Shown in pieces: positions 36,124 through 47,970 of a stretch of 64,000 nt of DNA. A program made the translations under genes and the position numbers. The notes under the pieces were generated by a model. The model searched no databases. It was not told the DNA's origin and worked only from the letters and a program-made list of their open reading frames with translations. The stretch covers positions 372,001-436,000 of the forward strand of contig JASTWF010000323.1 of NCBI GenBank assembly GCA_030390025.1, in the 5' to 3' direction. This DNA comes from Squalus acanthias. Taxonomy: Eukaryota. The number at the start of each line of letters is the position of its first letter. The first letter of the stretch is position 1.

Positions 36124-36190
36124 GCTGTGATCATATAATGATTAGTGCTCTGCGTTGTGGCCGCAGCAACTTCGAGTCCGAGTCACGGCA
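36124..36190 (+). pseudogene. tRNA-His(GTG) pseudogene
   Basis: Matches GCCGTGATCGTATAGTGGTTAGTACTCTGCGTTGTGGCCGCAGCAAC..TTCGAATCCGAGTCACGGCA but the 5' T-stem strand (CTCGG) is deleted. Confidence 0.85.
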
Positions 36191-36494
36191 CAGCTCATTT
36201 TATATCTCCTGTTCTCTGCGGCACCTGCTGATAAAACGCAGCGAGAAATCAACATTTACTGCACAAAACAAATATTATTTGTTGGCGGTGAAAACCTGCT
36301 CACTCCTTCAAAGCCCCCGCGCTCTCACATGCCTGAGCTTGATGCTCCATAATTCAAACCCGCTTCTTCTCCCAGCTTTTTCTTCCTTCCACAATCAGTA
36401 GCCCTCCTTTATTTCATCCTTCCATTTCATTGTCGATTACCTGCGAAATTACCTTAATCTAAAATTCGCTTTCGCCTACTTACCCTGTTAAATT

Positions 36495-37200
36495 CGCTCC
36501 GGATGTAGCAGGGAGTGTAAGCGACGCTGCAGGTGTGTCAGGCAGGGTCAAGGACGCAGCGGATGTACCGGACAGTTTAAGGGACTCTCCGGATGTACCA
36601 GACAGTGTAAGGGACGCTCAAGATGTACCAGACAGGGTAAGGGACGCTCCGGATGTATCAGACAGTGTAAGGGACGCTCCGGATGTACCGGACAGTGTAA
36701 GGACGCTAAGGATGTACCAGACAGGGTAAGGGACGCTCCGGATGTACCAGGCAGGGTGAGGGACGATCCGGATGTATCGGACAGTGTAAGGGACGCTAAG
36801 GATGTACCAGGCAGGGTATGGATCGCTCCGGTTGTACCAGGCAGGATCATTGAGGCTCAGGATGTGCCGGACAGGGTAAGGGACGCTCCGGATGTATCAG
36901 ACAGGGTAAGGGACGCTCCGGATTATCGGACAGTGTAAGGGACGCTACGGATGTACCGGAGAGGGTGAAGGATGCTCCGGATGTACCAGGCAGGGTAAGG
37001 GACGCTCCGGATGTACCAGACAGGGTAAGGGTCGCTCCGGACGTATCAGACAGGGTAAGGGACGCTCCGGATGTATCAGACAGGCTAAGGGATGTGTCGA
37101 TTGTTCAGAGCGTGTAAGGGCTGCTAAACAGGTTCGAGATAGGGTACAGGCCTTTCAGGGCCTATCAGAGCGGGTAAAGGGCGCTTAGGATGTATCAGAG
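36495..37200. repeat. 30-bp minisatellite (ggacgctccggatgtaccagacagggtaag)
   Basis: About 20 tandem copies, CpG-retaining. Confidence 0.9.
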
Positions 37201-37746
37201 AGTCTGATGGATGCTGAGTTATTACTTTCTAAACCACACATTTTCTAAATATAAACAAAAGGAAAAGGTAAATCCGAATGTATCAGATGGTCTGCCGTGG
37301 CCCACGTGGGAACATTGAGAAGGTAGAATGGGGCCGGACTGGACATTTGCAGCGCTCAGAAATACATTTATAAGTGACACAGATTCACCCACCCAATACA
37401 TTAATAAATAATACAGCTACATCTAAATATATTATAGTGAACAGTGGTGCAAAAATATTTACATCTAACACATTTGCAACTCACAAATACCTGTGTAGTA
37501 AACATGGACACTCCCAAATATACGTACACGCATCTTAGGTGATTGATTGCTAAAAAATATACTTTAATAGATTGTCTTTAAAGCCATGATATTTAAATGG
37601 CAGTTTGCATTGACCGTTCTCCAAAGACGCTGGAGATTGATGGAGAATGAATGGGGTTCTGACCGAAATGTCTTAGGCGGCTCAGAACAAGTTTTGAGCG
37701 CAAGTCCAATATCAGAAGTCGACGATAAAAAAGAGGTTACTGCGGG

Positions 37747-37809
37747 ACCTTAGCCGCATTTCAATCTGCAATCCCCAAAGCGAGATTCATACCCCTAGAG
37801 TAAAGAGTC
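37747..37809 (-). pseudogene. tRNA-Pro(TGG) pseudogene remnant
   Basis: Minus strand GACTCTTTACTCTAGGGGTATGAATCTCGCTTTGGG versus GGCTCGTTGGTCTAGGGGTATGATTCTCGCTTTGGG; 3' half decayed; T-run downstream. Confidence 0.65.
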
Positions 37810-38707
37810 ACTCTGTCTAGATTACAAACCCAATCAACTGGTTATCAAACGTATAATCAAATGGATTTGTCATGTATTGTCCATTGCATTGTGACTGATT
37901 CAGGTAAGCAGAGTATTGGAGACAGCAGTTTTACATTCCCAATACCAATGCACTGTCACGTGTGCCCGCAGTTCCATTCACGTTCCAAGCCCTCTTTTCA
38001 CTGTCGATGACTTGCCCGGAATGTGCTTGGAGAAGTGTTAGAATCGCAGTACAGCCCCTCCCATTGTCGCTTCCTCTAAATCAGGCCCAGGATTTTCACC
38101 AGTGCAACGTTCATCAGCTTGAGCTACTGTTTAATTTGTTCTCGGCATTAACTGTGCTGATATTTTAACTTGTCCCACTACACGGCGTCTCCAAATTTGC
38201 CTCTTGCACCTCGAGGGCACTTTTCATACGCAAACCTGTAACATCTGCCGGAAATAAATTCAATTTCAGCGGTTTCAACATCAATGAGTCGATCGATATC
38301 AACCTCGACATCCTCACCTACACGCTACAGATGCAAATCTCTGCGCTCCTCTGTTTCGGTGATATCTTGTTTTCGCAGCGATGAGCAGTTTACGCTATCT
38401 GAGGCTGCAGTTGCTGCTTTCTGCCGGCAGCGTGCGCTTGGAGAGAGCGGGGCCGGTCAGGCGGACTGAACATTGCTGCTGTCGCGGCCTCACTCACTCC
38501 GGGAACTGGGGAACAGCAAACAAACTCATGGGTTTGTTGCCGCATCTGAAATGCGGCTCCGAACTGTTGCTATTGACCGAGGCAGCGCTGCAAGATCTTG
38601 TAATGATCTATCACACTGTTGGTATCTCTGTAGATTTTGATTGTATACAGAACTGTATAGAGAAAAGGAGAACACCGCGCGGCTGTTGAGGTATTTTATT
38701 GATCTCT

Positions 38708-38780
38708 GCCGACAAGAGATGATTGAACCGGGGACGTGTTGTACTTTAGACGGAAGTGATAACCGCTTCACTTCGGAAAC
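38708..38780 (-). pseudogene. tRNA-Val pseudogene remnant
   Basis: Minus strand GTTTCCGAAGTGAAGCGGTTATCAC..GTCCCCGGTTCAAT versus GTTTCCGTAGTGTAGTGGTTATCAC..GTCCCCGGTTCGAA; anticodon arm and 3' end decayed. Confidence 0.7.
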
Positions 38781-39328
38781 CGCTGCTCCCGAAAAAAATA
38801 TTGGAACAACTCAGAATAGCACATGTCATCTATAAATACTCTTACCTTGCGACACGGGTTCCAGTACACGCCGAGGTGTTAACTTTTACAAATCTGTTTG
38901 TTCTAGTAATTACGCAAAACTCATTAAACTTTGTTAAAAGTTTGTTGTAATCGCCAATAAATCAAAAGATAACGTTCTGTTTCGGACTGAGTGAAATACT
39001 CACATGGTTAACAAGTCACAGGCAAAACGTTAAAAAGCTTTTTGTGTTTTGCATGTGATGCATTTTCATCCGTTCTCATTTTGCAGACTGTATTTTAGGA
39101 GTTGGGTAAAAATGTTCAGTGCTTATACGTCAGGAATCTGGTGCGGCCTTTGGTAAATTCACCAGCTCGCAAACACATGAGAGTAACTCCTGCTGCACTC
39201 CATCATATAACCCCAGCCAATGCTCCTCAATTAAACAACATTAACCAGTGCCCCTGCGCTCCCGCACAATTAGACAACCGGAAATGTGCAAGTAAATGTG
39301 CACGGATAACTCCCACCAGTCGTGCGCG

Positions 39329-39421
39329 GCTCTAGTGGCGCAATCGGTTAGCGCGCGGTATTATATGACAATACGGGCTCGTGAAATGCCGAGGTTCTGA
39401 GGTCGAGCCTCACTTAGAGCA
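39329..39421 (+). tRNA. Intron-containing tRNA-Ile(TAT)-like gene, probably pseudogene
   Basis: GCTCTAGTGGCGCAATCGGTTAGCGCGCGGTA-TTATA [~20-nt intron 39366-39385] ATGCCGAGGTTCTGAGGTCGAGCCTCACTTAGAGCA; C32 deleted, T54 changed to G. Confidence 0.85.
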
Positions 39422-39759
39422 GCCGATTCTTTTCCGATTTGACATTTCTGCCGGAGCAGAAGGTACAATTGGTGTTTCCGCCAACTATCTAATTTCTATC
39501 TGTTCCACTTGGGCACTGAAGTTCCTCAGGCCCACCGTCTTGCAATACCGGACGAGAGTTTTAAAGGAGCCCTTCAGTGTTACTTATTGATAGGAGGGAA
39601 GGTGGGGCCAGTTTTAACAGTAAAAACCAGCAACTGTCAGACAAAGAATAATGTGCAGGAAATAGATTCGATTTCAACGCAGTGACTGAGCCTTTGTCAC
39701 AAACGAGAAGATGTGTAATCTCACGGGTTATCTGTACATGTTTCCTACATCATGTTGAA

Positions 39760-41235
39760 CACAAACAAGGATTCACCTGAACACGATGCTGAGAATTACA
39801 AGGACGCAAGTTACGTACAGACAATCGCCCAAACCCCATATCCACAATTATAGATTCATTTAACCGCCGAACTTCAACATTGCAGGAGCGAGATCGTCCA
39901 TACAGGATGTTCAATTACCATTGCCCTGATGGACAGTATCACACACATACTTGTCGTCAAACTTCCGACAAAATCTCAGAACAATTTCAGAGTAGGACCG
40001 AGTGGCTTCGTTATATGGAGAGTACATCGGGCTCTCGGTGGCGCTCAACGTGACATTTTCACTCAGATAACCACAATTTACAATGGGACACGCAACTTGT
40101 TGGGTGCCGTTACGTGAGTACAGGGCCACAAACAAACAACCGTCATACTGACAATACCCCACGTGACCCTTAACCCATTCAGTCACAAAAGGTCCCAGGG
40201 CTGTGCGGGCCAAGTCCAGCGGCCAATTCTGGTTGAATAAAGCCCGAACGATATTCCTTATTAATTCATTCAGACTCAATTGCACATTTTGGCAAAGGTT
40301 GGTCCACGCTGCCCCGTTTAACCCCTGCAGTGTTAAGTTCCCTAATGCCATCAGGACTGAGAGTGTATTCTGCTTGAAATTAATTGAGGTATTGGTTAGA
40401 ATCTTCCAGTCCTCAGTCATCACGATCTCGGGCGCCCCTTCCTTTGTTCAGCCTGCGTCATCGCCAGTAATTGATGACTGTGTCCCTCAACATCCTTCGA
40501 ATTTAATAACCCCGTGCCGACCCCGATGGATCACAAGATAGTATCAAACAATTCCCTTTTCTATTGGTGCCAAGAGACGAACCACGTCTCCTGAAAAGAC
40601 GCCTCATTTTTAATATAATCCGAGCCCTCTGGGTACGACTGAGCAACCGTGGTAGAATTGGGAACACATTTAAAAGTGGTCATTCATAACTGAGCATCCA
40701 GAATAACACGGATTGTAACCTGCAGAGGGCCAGCCGGCTGCCCAACAGCCTGGTCACACACCCCTAAGATTATCATTTGCCCAATCCATCCGACACAATG
40801 TGCTCAATGTCAATTGACAGAGACCCAAACAGGATCGTGTAATCTTTGTAACTGACACGGTAATGGAGTTGGAACTCGCTCTTCCATAACCTGTCCCTTC
40901 TCACGAAAGGCCCGGTGCCGGGCTAGACCAAGAATCGGAATAGACACGACACAATTTACCGTGGTGCATTGTCCGATCTGTCCCATTATGAGTTCCAGCT
41001 GGACCATGCTGACACTCTCACACCAGCTCCAGGTCACATTTACGGGACGTCCCAGGAAGACACTCAGCGTCAGGTTGCTCGTCGAGATGTTTCATCCGGT
41101 CGGAGGGGTAGTGACCTCATATCTCAAAAGTCCCGCCATCGCCCACAGCCCTAACCATCAGTTCACCTACCGTATCATATAATTCTTGATCCTGAAATGG
41201 TAAAAACGTAACAGTAAAACCGCATAACCCCACAT
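39760..41235 (-). pseudogene. env: ERV env pseudogene
   Basis: Signal-like MWGYAVLLLRFTISG at 41235; Q*KR-ELFDTIL*SIGVGTGLLNSKDVEG cleavage site/fusion peptide at ~40563-40485; ORF 39911-40423 with N-glycan sequons and a Cys-rich segment; stops and frameshifts. Confidence 0.7.
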
Positions 41236-41299
41236 TATCCTCCTCCGCGCTTCATTTGCGATATTTTTTCCGCGCTCTCCGCCGTTTTACTAACATTTT

Positions 41300-44100
41300 T
41301 CTGTTGCATTGCTTCTTTCCAGACAAGTGCGGTACCCATCCAGAGCAATTACACCGACGAACTCAATGTGTAGGGCCGATCCCATTCTCCCTTGGGGAAT
41401 TTTTGCCTCTTCCTATCTTTGATCACCAGAACCTGATCCCCGACCTGATCGGCACGAAGTTCAGCCTTCTGGTCAAATTCCTCTTTGCTGCGAGCTGCCT
41501 GCTCATCATCAACGTGTCCCGCCAAGACATTGACCAAATGTAGGTGCCTCTGGAGCGAGGTGACCACCTCCTCCGTCGCGTTGGTGGATGTCAGGCTCGG
41601 GTCCTCAGGCACAAACAGGTCCTACCTCATTGGCATGGATCGGCCAAACAATGCCTCTTATGGTGATACCGCAATCATTCGATTCACCCGGGACCTCCCT
41701 CGCATACTTTGGGTCAGTCTTTACGAAGGAAGACACAAAAAACCTCCCTGGGATATCGGGAAAAATAGGGACATTTGCAAAGGAGGAACTGACGCAAGTC
41801 AATATCTCTAAGGATATGGTGTTAAGGAAGCTAAAGGGATTGAAGGCGGACAAATCCCCAGGGCCTGATAACATGCATCCTAGGGTGCTGAAGGAGGTGG
41901 CCCTAGAGATAGCGGATGCACTAAGTATGATTTTTCAGAATTCATTAGACTCGGGAACAGTGCCCATGGATTGGAGGGTAGCTAACGTTACCCCACTATT
42001 CAAAAAGGGGAGTAGGGAAAAAGCAGGTAATTACAGACCTGTAAGCCTTACATCAGTTGTGGGCAAAATGCTGGAGTCCATCATTAAGGATGAAATAGCG
42101 GAGCACTTAGCAAATGGGGACAGGATAGGACAGAGTCAACATGGATTTACAAAGGGTAAATCGTGCTTGACTAATCTATTGGAATTTTTTGAGGGAGTAA
42201 CTGGTAAAATAGATGGGGGCGAGCCAGTAGATGTGGTGTACCTGGACTTCCAAAAGGCCTTCGATAAGGTCCCACATAAAAGATTAGCAGGGAAAATTGA
42301 AGCTCATGGGATAAAGGGGAAAGTATTGACGTGGATAGAGAACTGGCTGTCAGATAGAAAACAGAGAGTTGGAATAAACGGCTCATTTTCTGAATGGCAG
42401 GCAGTAACAAGTGGGGTACCACAGGGATCTGTCCTGGGTCCCCAGCTGTTCACAATTTACATTAATGACCTGGATCAGGGAGTCGGATGCAGCATTTCCA
42501 AATTTGCAGACGACACTAAACTAGGAGGGGGGGTGGGCTCAGAGGAGGAGACCAGGAAGCTCCAGAGCGATTTGGACAGACTGGGTGATTGGGCGGATAA
42601 ATGGCAGATGCACTATAATGTGGACAAGTGCGAAGTTATCCACCTTGGGTGCAGGAACGGGAGGGCAAATTATTATTTAAATGGCAATAAATTGGGAGAG
42701 GGGGAAGTACAGAGAGACCTGGGTGTTCTTGTACACCAGTCACTGAAGGCGAGCATGCAGGTGCAACAGGCGATCAAGAAGGCAAACGGTATGCTGGCCT
42801 TCATAGCAAAAGGGTTGGAATACAGGAACAGGGATACCTTGCTGCAGCTGTACAGGGCACTGGTGAGACCACACCTCGAGTACTGTGTACAGTTTTGGTC
42901 GCCTCATCTGAGGAAAGATGTTCTTGCCATGGAGGGGGTGCAGCGGCGATTCACCAGGCTGATACCAGGAATGGCGGGATTGACCTATGAGGAGAGACTA
43001 TGTAGTTTAGGGATGTACACACTGGAGTTTAGAAGATTGAGAGGGGACCTCATAGAAGTGTATAAAATTCTGACAGGTCTAGACAGACTAGATGCAGAAG
43101 GGATGTTTCCCTTGGCGGGTGAGAACAGAACTAGAGGACATAATTTAAGGATAAGGGCTAAACCATTTAGGACAGAAATGAGGGGGAATTTCTTCACTCA
43201 GAGGGTGGTGAACCTGTGGAACTCATTGCCACAGAGGGCAGTGTACACCAGCTCATTAAATATATTTAAGAGGGAATTAGATATATTTCTACAGGCAAAA
43301 GGGGTTAAGGGTTACGGAGAGAAGGCGGGGACGGGATACTGAATTGGAGGATCAGCCATGATCTCATTAAATGGCGGAGCAGGCTCGAAGGGCCGGATGG
43401 CCTACTCCTGCTCCTATCTTCTATGTATCTATGTATCTATGAGTACGAGCGGCAGAAGATTAATCCAATCTCCCCCAGCCCGATCATATACTTTCAACAC
43501 ACAACTTGAAGAGTTCCATTCATGCGTTCCACCTGCCCAGCGGCCTGGGGATGATGCGGAATATGACATTGCCGTGGGATTCCCAGGAATTTATGGAACT
43601 CGTTAAACACTACCCCGTCAAAGGCTGGGCCACAGTCGAGCCAATCACCTGTGGTAATCTCCACCACGCAATTATTTCCTGCGCTAATACACGAGCAGCT
43701 CTGGCGCTGGTCTGGTTGGCCGGATGAAACGCCTCCACAAACCGGGTGAATACATCCACCACAACCAACTTCAGGGAGCCGTCCGACAAAATCAATCGGA
43801 ATCCGTTCCCACGGACCCCTGCGAGCCTGGCGCAACAGCAGAAACAATTGATTTGTAGCGTGTTGGATCTTGCTGTGCACAAGTTAATCATTGCTGTATA
43901 TGTGGCGCTACATCGCGTTTTAATCCGGGCCACCAGGCGAATTTCATGAGCCGTGATATCGCCTCCTCTACTTTCGGGTTCCCCCAACTAATGAGCCGTG
44001 TCTCCATGATATGAGGAGTCTGCGAACAGGTTCATGAACCAACCACACCCATGGCCCTCCTCCATCTCTCCCATAACCACATCATGCATGACCTGTGTTC
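41300..44100 (-). pseudogene. pol: ERV integrase pseudogene (split by CR1 41705-43441)
   Basis: HHCC zinc finger, catalytic core motifs, DWINLLPLVL|MRG across the CR1 insertion, ALFGR, C-terminal VGDQVLV..WDRPY (GPY/F-like). Confidence 0.8.
41705..43441 (+). mobile_element. Young 5'-truncated CR1 LINE with uninterrupted RT ORF
   Basis: Open from YFGSVFT (41705) to stop at 43342 with YLDFQKAFDKVPH, GVPQGSVLGP, FADD; (tatctatg)n tail. Confidence 0.95.
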
Positions 44101-44349
44101 TCCTACCCCATAGGATCCCTGGGCCCTCAAACAGAGGCGTTCCATATCCCCCAGCCGATTATACGCCGCTGCCAAAGACATTCCCTGGTTTGCACTTTTA
44201 AGGTTGATGCCCCTTTATTCCAGGCCATTGAAATCTCTTTTGGCCCTACTGGAGCCTCGACAGCCGCTGTTTGACTTTCTTATCAACCACCTCATTCCCG
44301 GAGATCAGGCAGGACTCCCGATTCCGGTTATTCACGTGTGTTTTAACCC

Positions 44350-44800
44350 TAACCAGTCGGATTTTTCCTAACGGCTGTGCCATGTAAAATTTTCCATAAC
44401 TTTATGCTCAACGTCTGGCCCATAGGTTGCCATAAAGCCGTTCGGGGCCCACCGCTCTAAAGTAAGCAGAGCGCCTTTAAAGTCCGAATCCGAATCTACA
44501 ACTAACGGAGTATCTGGATTAGTGTCGAAGATCGTGAACACCAAATGTACCGGGGCCATTAATTCCGCAGCCTGCGCGCCCCCATTGGACCGCGCCCTTC
44601 ACAGTAAGAGCATCTGCAAACCCCGTGTGACCGCTACCGTCCTGAATAACAGAACTGCCATCTATAAACCAGGCCGTTTCAGCCTCGACTGCAGGACCTT
44701 CTACAAACACTGGCTGTGCTGCACTGGCCGTGAGCGCTTCACATTAATGCGGTTCGCCCGTTATCAGAAGACCCAGAACCTTCGTGCGAAGCTCCTTTAG
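44350..44800 (-). pseudogene. pol: ERV RNase H pseudogene segment
   Basis: AWFIDGSS..TGFA..GAQAAEL..VVDSDSDF..W. Confidence 0.75.
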
Positions 44801-44805
44801 CCGTT

Positions 44806-45827
44806 CATAGAAACATAGAAACATAGAAAATAGGTACAGGAGTCGACCATTCGGTCCTTCGAGCCTGCACCGCCATTCAATGCGTTAATGGCTGAACATG
44901 CTACCTCAGTACCCCATTCCTGCTTTCTCGCCATACCCCTTGATCCCCCTAGTTGTGAGTGTTATATCTAACTCCCTTTTTGAATATATTTAGCGAACTG
45001 GCCTCAACAACCATCTGTGGAAGAGAATTCCATAGATTCACCACTCTCTGGGTGAAGAAGTTCCTCCTCAGCTCAGTATTAAATGGCTTCCCCTTAATCC
45101 TTAGACTGTGACCCCTGGTTCTAGTTTTCCCTAACATTGGGAACATTCTGCCCGCACCTAATTTGTCTAAACCAGTCAGGATTTTAAATGTCTCCATAAG
45201 ATCCCCCCTCATTCTTCTGAACTCCAGAGGATACAAGTTCAGTTGACCCAATCTTTCTTGATATGTCAGTCCGGCCATCCCAGGAATCAATCTAGTGAAC
45301 CTTCGCTGCACTCCCTCAATAGCAAGAATGTCCTTCCTTAAGTTAGGAGACCAAAACTGCGCACAATTCTCCAGGTGTGGCCTCACCAAGGCCCTGTACA
45401 ACTGCAGCATCACGTCCCTACTCCTGTACTCAAATCCCCTTACTATGAAGGCCATCATTCCGTTTGCTTTCTTGACTGCCTGCTGCACTTGCATTCCCAC
45501 CTTCAGTGACTGATGTACCATGACGCCCAGGTCTCGTTGCACCTCCCCTTTCCCTAATCTGCCACCATTCAGGTAATAGTCCGCCTCTCTATTTTTACCA
45601 CCAAAGTGAATAACCTCACATTTATCCACATTGTACTTCATCTGCCATACATTTGCCCATTCACCCAACCTGTTCAAGTCACGCTGTAGCCTCCTAGCAT
45701 CCTCCTCATTGTTCACACTGCCTCCCAATTTAGTGTCATCCGCAAATTTGGAGATATTACATTTAATCCCTTCGTCCAAATCATTAATATATAATGTAAA
45801 CAGCTGGGGTCCCAGCACCGAACCCTA
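44806..45827 (-). mobile_element. Young 5'-truncated CR1 LINE
   Basis: ORF 44949-45818; (tttctatg)n tail; nearly identical to the copy at 53483-55326. Confidence 0.95.
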
Positions 45828-46245
45828 CGTAACATTAGCGGACAGGAGAGAGCACATCCAGGACAGAATTCATTCGCTGGAAACAGCACTTAAATGACAT
45901 CCATTGTAGAGGATTGTGGTGGGAGCGCATCATGGCGGATTGATCCCGGGCAGATATTTGATTTTGCCGATACTCCAATGACCAGCTAGCGCGGTTTTTT
46001 GGACAAGGGCCGAGTTTAATCTCCGGGGACTGCACTACCCGGCTCAGATAGGCGGCTGGCCGCTCCTTAGATGCCACAGCCTGTAGGTCGATATCAGCGA
46101 TAGTCAGATCAGAGGCCGTGGGGTAAATTATAAAAGGCTTGTGCATGTCTGGGACAATCAGTGTTGGTGCGCTAATGAGCAGCTGTTTCAGACCTGTTAG
46201 AGCAACAGTCTGCTCCTCTGTCCAATTAAAAGAGAAGCCGCGAAA
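45828..46245 (-). pseudogene. pol: ERV RT thumb/connection segment
   Basis: FSFNWTEEQTVALTGLKQLLISAPTLIVPDMHKPFIIYPTAS..RPAAYLSR. Confidence 0.8.
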
Positions 46246-46399
46246 TAAATACAGGTTTCGTCATTATGTTTAAAAACTGGTGGATTTTTAAGAAAAAATA
46301 ATCTCTCTGCCTGTCTCCGACCGTCCCTCACAGATACTCTGTCTGACACTGTCCTGCATTTTTCACTCTAGGTCTCTCCCTCCGTCTCCCTCTCCCCTT

Positions 46400-46628
46400 C
46401 AGCCTCCCTATCTCTCGGTCTTGGTCTTTCTCTCCTTGTCTCTCTCTCTCTCTGTCTCTCTCTGTCTGCCTCTCTCTATCTCTCTCTCTCTGTCTCTCTC
46501 TCTCTGTCTCTCTCTCTCTGTTTCTCTCTCTCTGTTTCTCTCTTTCCCCGTCTCTCTCTCCCCGTCTCTCTCTCTGTCTCTCTATCTCTGTCTCTCTCTG
46601 TTTCTCTCTCTCTGTCTCTCTCTCCCCG

Positions 46629-46669
<41 letters not shown>

Positions 46670-46825
46670 GTCTCTCTCTCTCTCTGTCTCTCTTTCTGTC
46701 TCTCGCTGTGTGTGTCTTTCTCTCTGTCTGTCTCTGTCTCTGTCTCTCTCTCTCTGTCTCTCTCTCTCTTTTTATCTTCCGTTCTGTCTGTTTCCCTCTC
46801 CCTATCTCTCACTCCTTTTTTTCTT
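46400..46825. repeat. (CT)n/(CTGT)n microsatellite tract
   Basis: Low complexity. Confidence 0.9.
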
Positions 46826-47970
46826 TAGACGTTCCGGAATGTGGACGCCGCTTGAAAGGCCAGCATTTATTGCCAATCCCTAGTTGCCCTTGAGAACGTG
46901 GTGGTGAGCCGCCTTCTTGAACCGCTGCAGTCCGTGCAGTGAAGGTACTCCCACAGTGCTATTAGGGAGGGAGTTCCAGGATTTTGACCCAGCGATGATG
47001 AAGGAACGGCGACATATTTCCAAGTCAGGATGGTGTGTAACTTGAAGGGGAACTTTCAGATGATTGTGTTCCCATGCGCCTGCTGCCCTTGTCCTTCTAG
47101 GTGGTAGAGGTCGCGGGTTTGGGAGGTGCTGCCGAAGAAGCCTTGGCGAGTTGCTGCAGTGCATCTTGTAGATGGCACCCACTGCAGCCACGTTGCGCCA
47201 GTGGTGGAGGGAGTGAATGTTTAAGGTGGTGGATGGGGTGGCAATCAAGCGGGCTGCTTTTTCATGGGTGATGTTGAGTGTTTTCGGAGCTGCACTCATC
47301 CAGGCAAGTGGAAAGTATTCCATCACACTCCTGACTTGTGACTTGTAGATAGTGGAAAGGTTTTGGGGGTGTGAGGAGGTGAGACACTCGCCGCAGGATA
47401 CCCAGCCTCTGACCCGCTCTTGTTGCCACTGTATTTATGTGGCTGGTACAGTTAAGTTTCTGGTCAATGGTGACAGCACAGGATGTTGACGCTGAGGGAT
47501 TCGACGATGGTAATGCCGTTGAATGTCAAGGGGAGGTGTTTAGACTCTCACTTGTTGGCGATAGTCATTGTCTGGCACTTATGTGGCACGAATGTTACTT
47601 GCCATTTATCAGCCCAAGTCTGAATGTATTCCAGGTCTTGCTGCATGCGGGCATGGACTGAATCATTTTCTGAGGAGTTGCGAATGGAATTGAACATTGT
47701 GCAATCATCAGCGAACATCCCCACTTCTGACCTTATGATGGAGAGAAGGTCATTGATGAAGTAGCTGAAGATGGTTGGACATAAAATATTGACCTGAGGA
47801 ACACATGAAGCGATGTTCTGGGGCTGAGATGATTGACCTCAAACAACCACAATCATCCTCCTGTGTGCTAGATATGACTCCAGCCAGTGTAGAGTTTCCC
47901 ACCTGATTGCCATTGACTTCAATTTTACTCGGGCTCGCTGATGCCACACTCTGTCAAATGCTGCCTTGAT
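46826..47970 (-). mobile_element. Non-LTR retrotransposon of a second family (CR1/L2 superclade), RT-to-3' fragment
   Basis: Minus strand PTIFSYFINDLLSIIRSEVGMFADDCT, MEYFPLAWMSAAP, KSWNSLPNSTVG; 3' UTR ctagggattggcaataaatgctggcc. Confidence 0.8.

Larger units (their letters stand above)
39760..46245 (-). mobile_element. Decayed endogenous retrovirus (pol 3' half + env), interrupted by two CR1 insertions; no LTRs, gag or RT palm seen
   Basis: Order on minus strand: FNWTEEQTVALTGLKQLLISAPTL (RT thumb), KPFIIY..PAAYLSR (connection), WFIDGSS..GAQAAEL..DSDS (RNase H), YHGDTAH..WWPGL..CAQ, PWERIPIDFVG, VVVDVFTRFVEAF, HPQAAGQVERMNGTL (integrase), then env. Confidence 0.85.

Noticed and set aside
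36535..36938. DAPDVPDRVR repeat ORFs
   Set aside because: 30-bp minisatellite with single-base indels breaking the frame
41588..41704. N-terminal extension of the 584-aa ORF as a fusion gene
   Set aside because: The first ~39 codons are antisense ERV integrase sequence fortuitously in frame with a 5'-truncated CR1; GTG/non-ATG start
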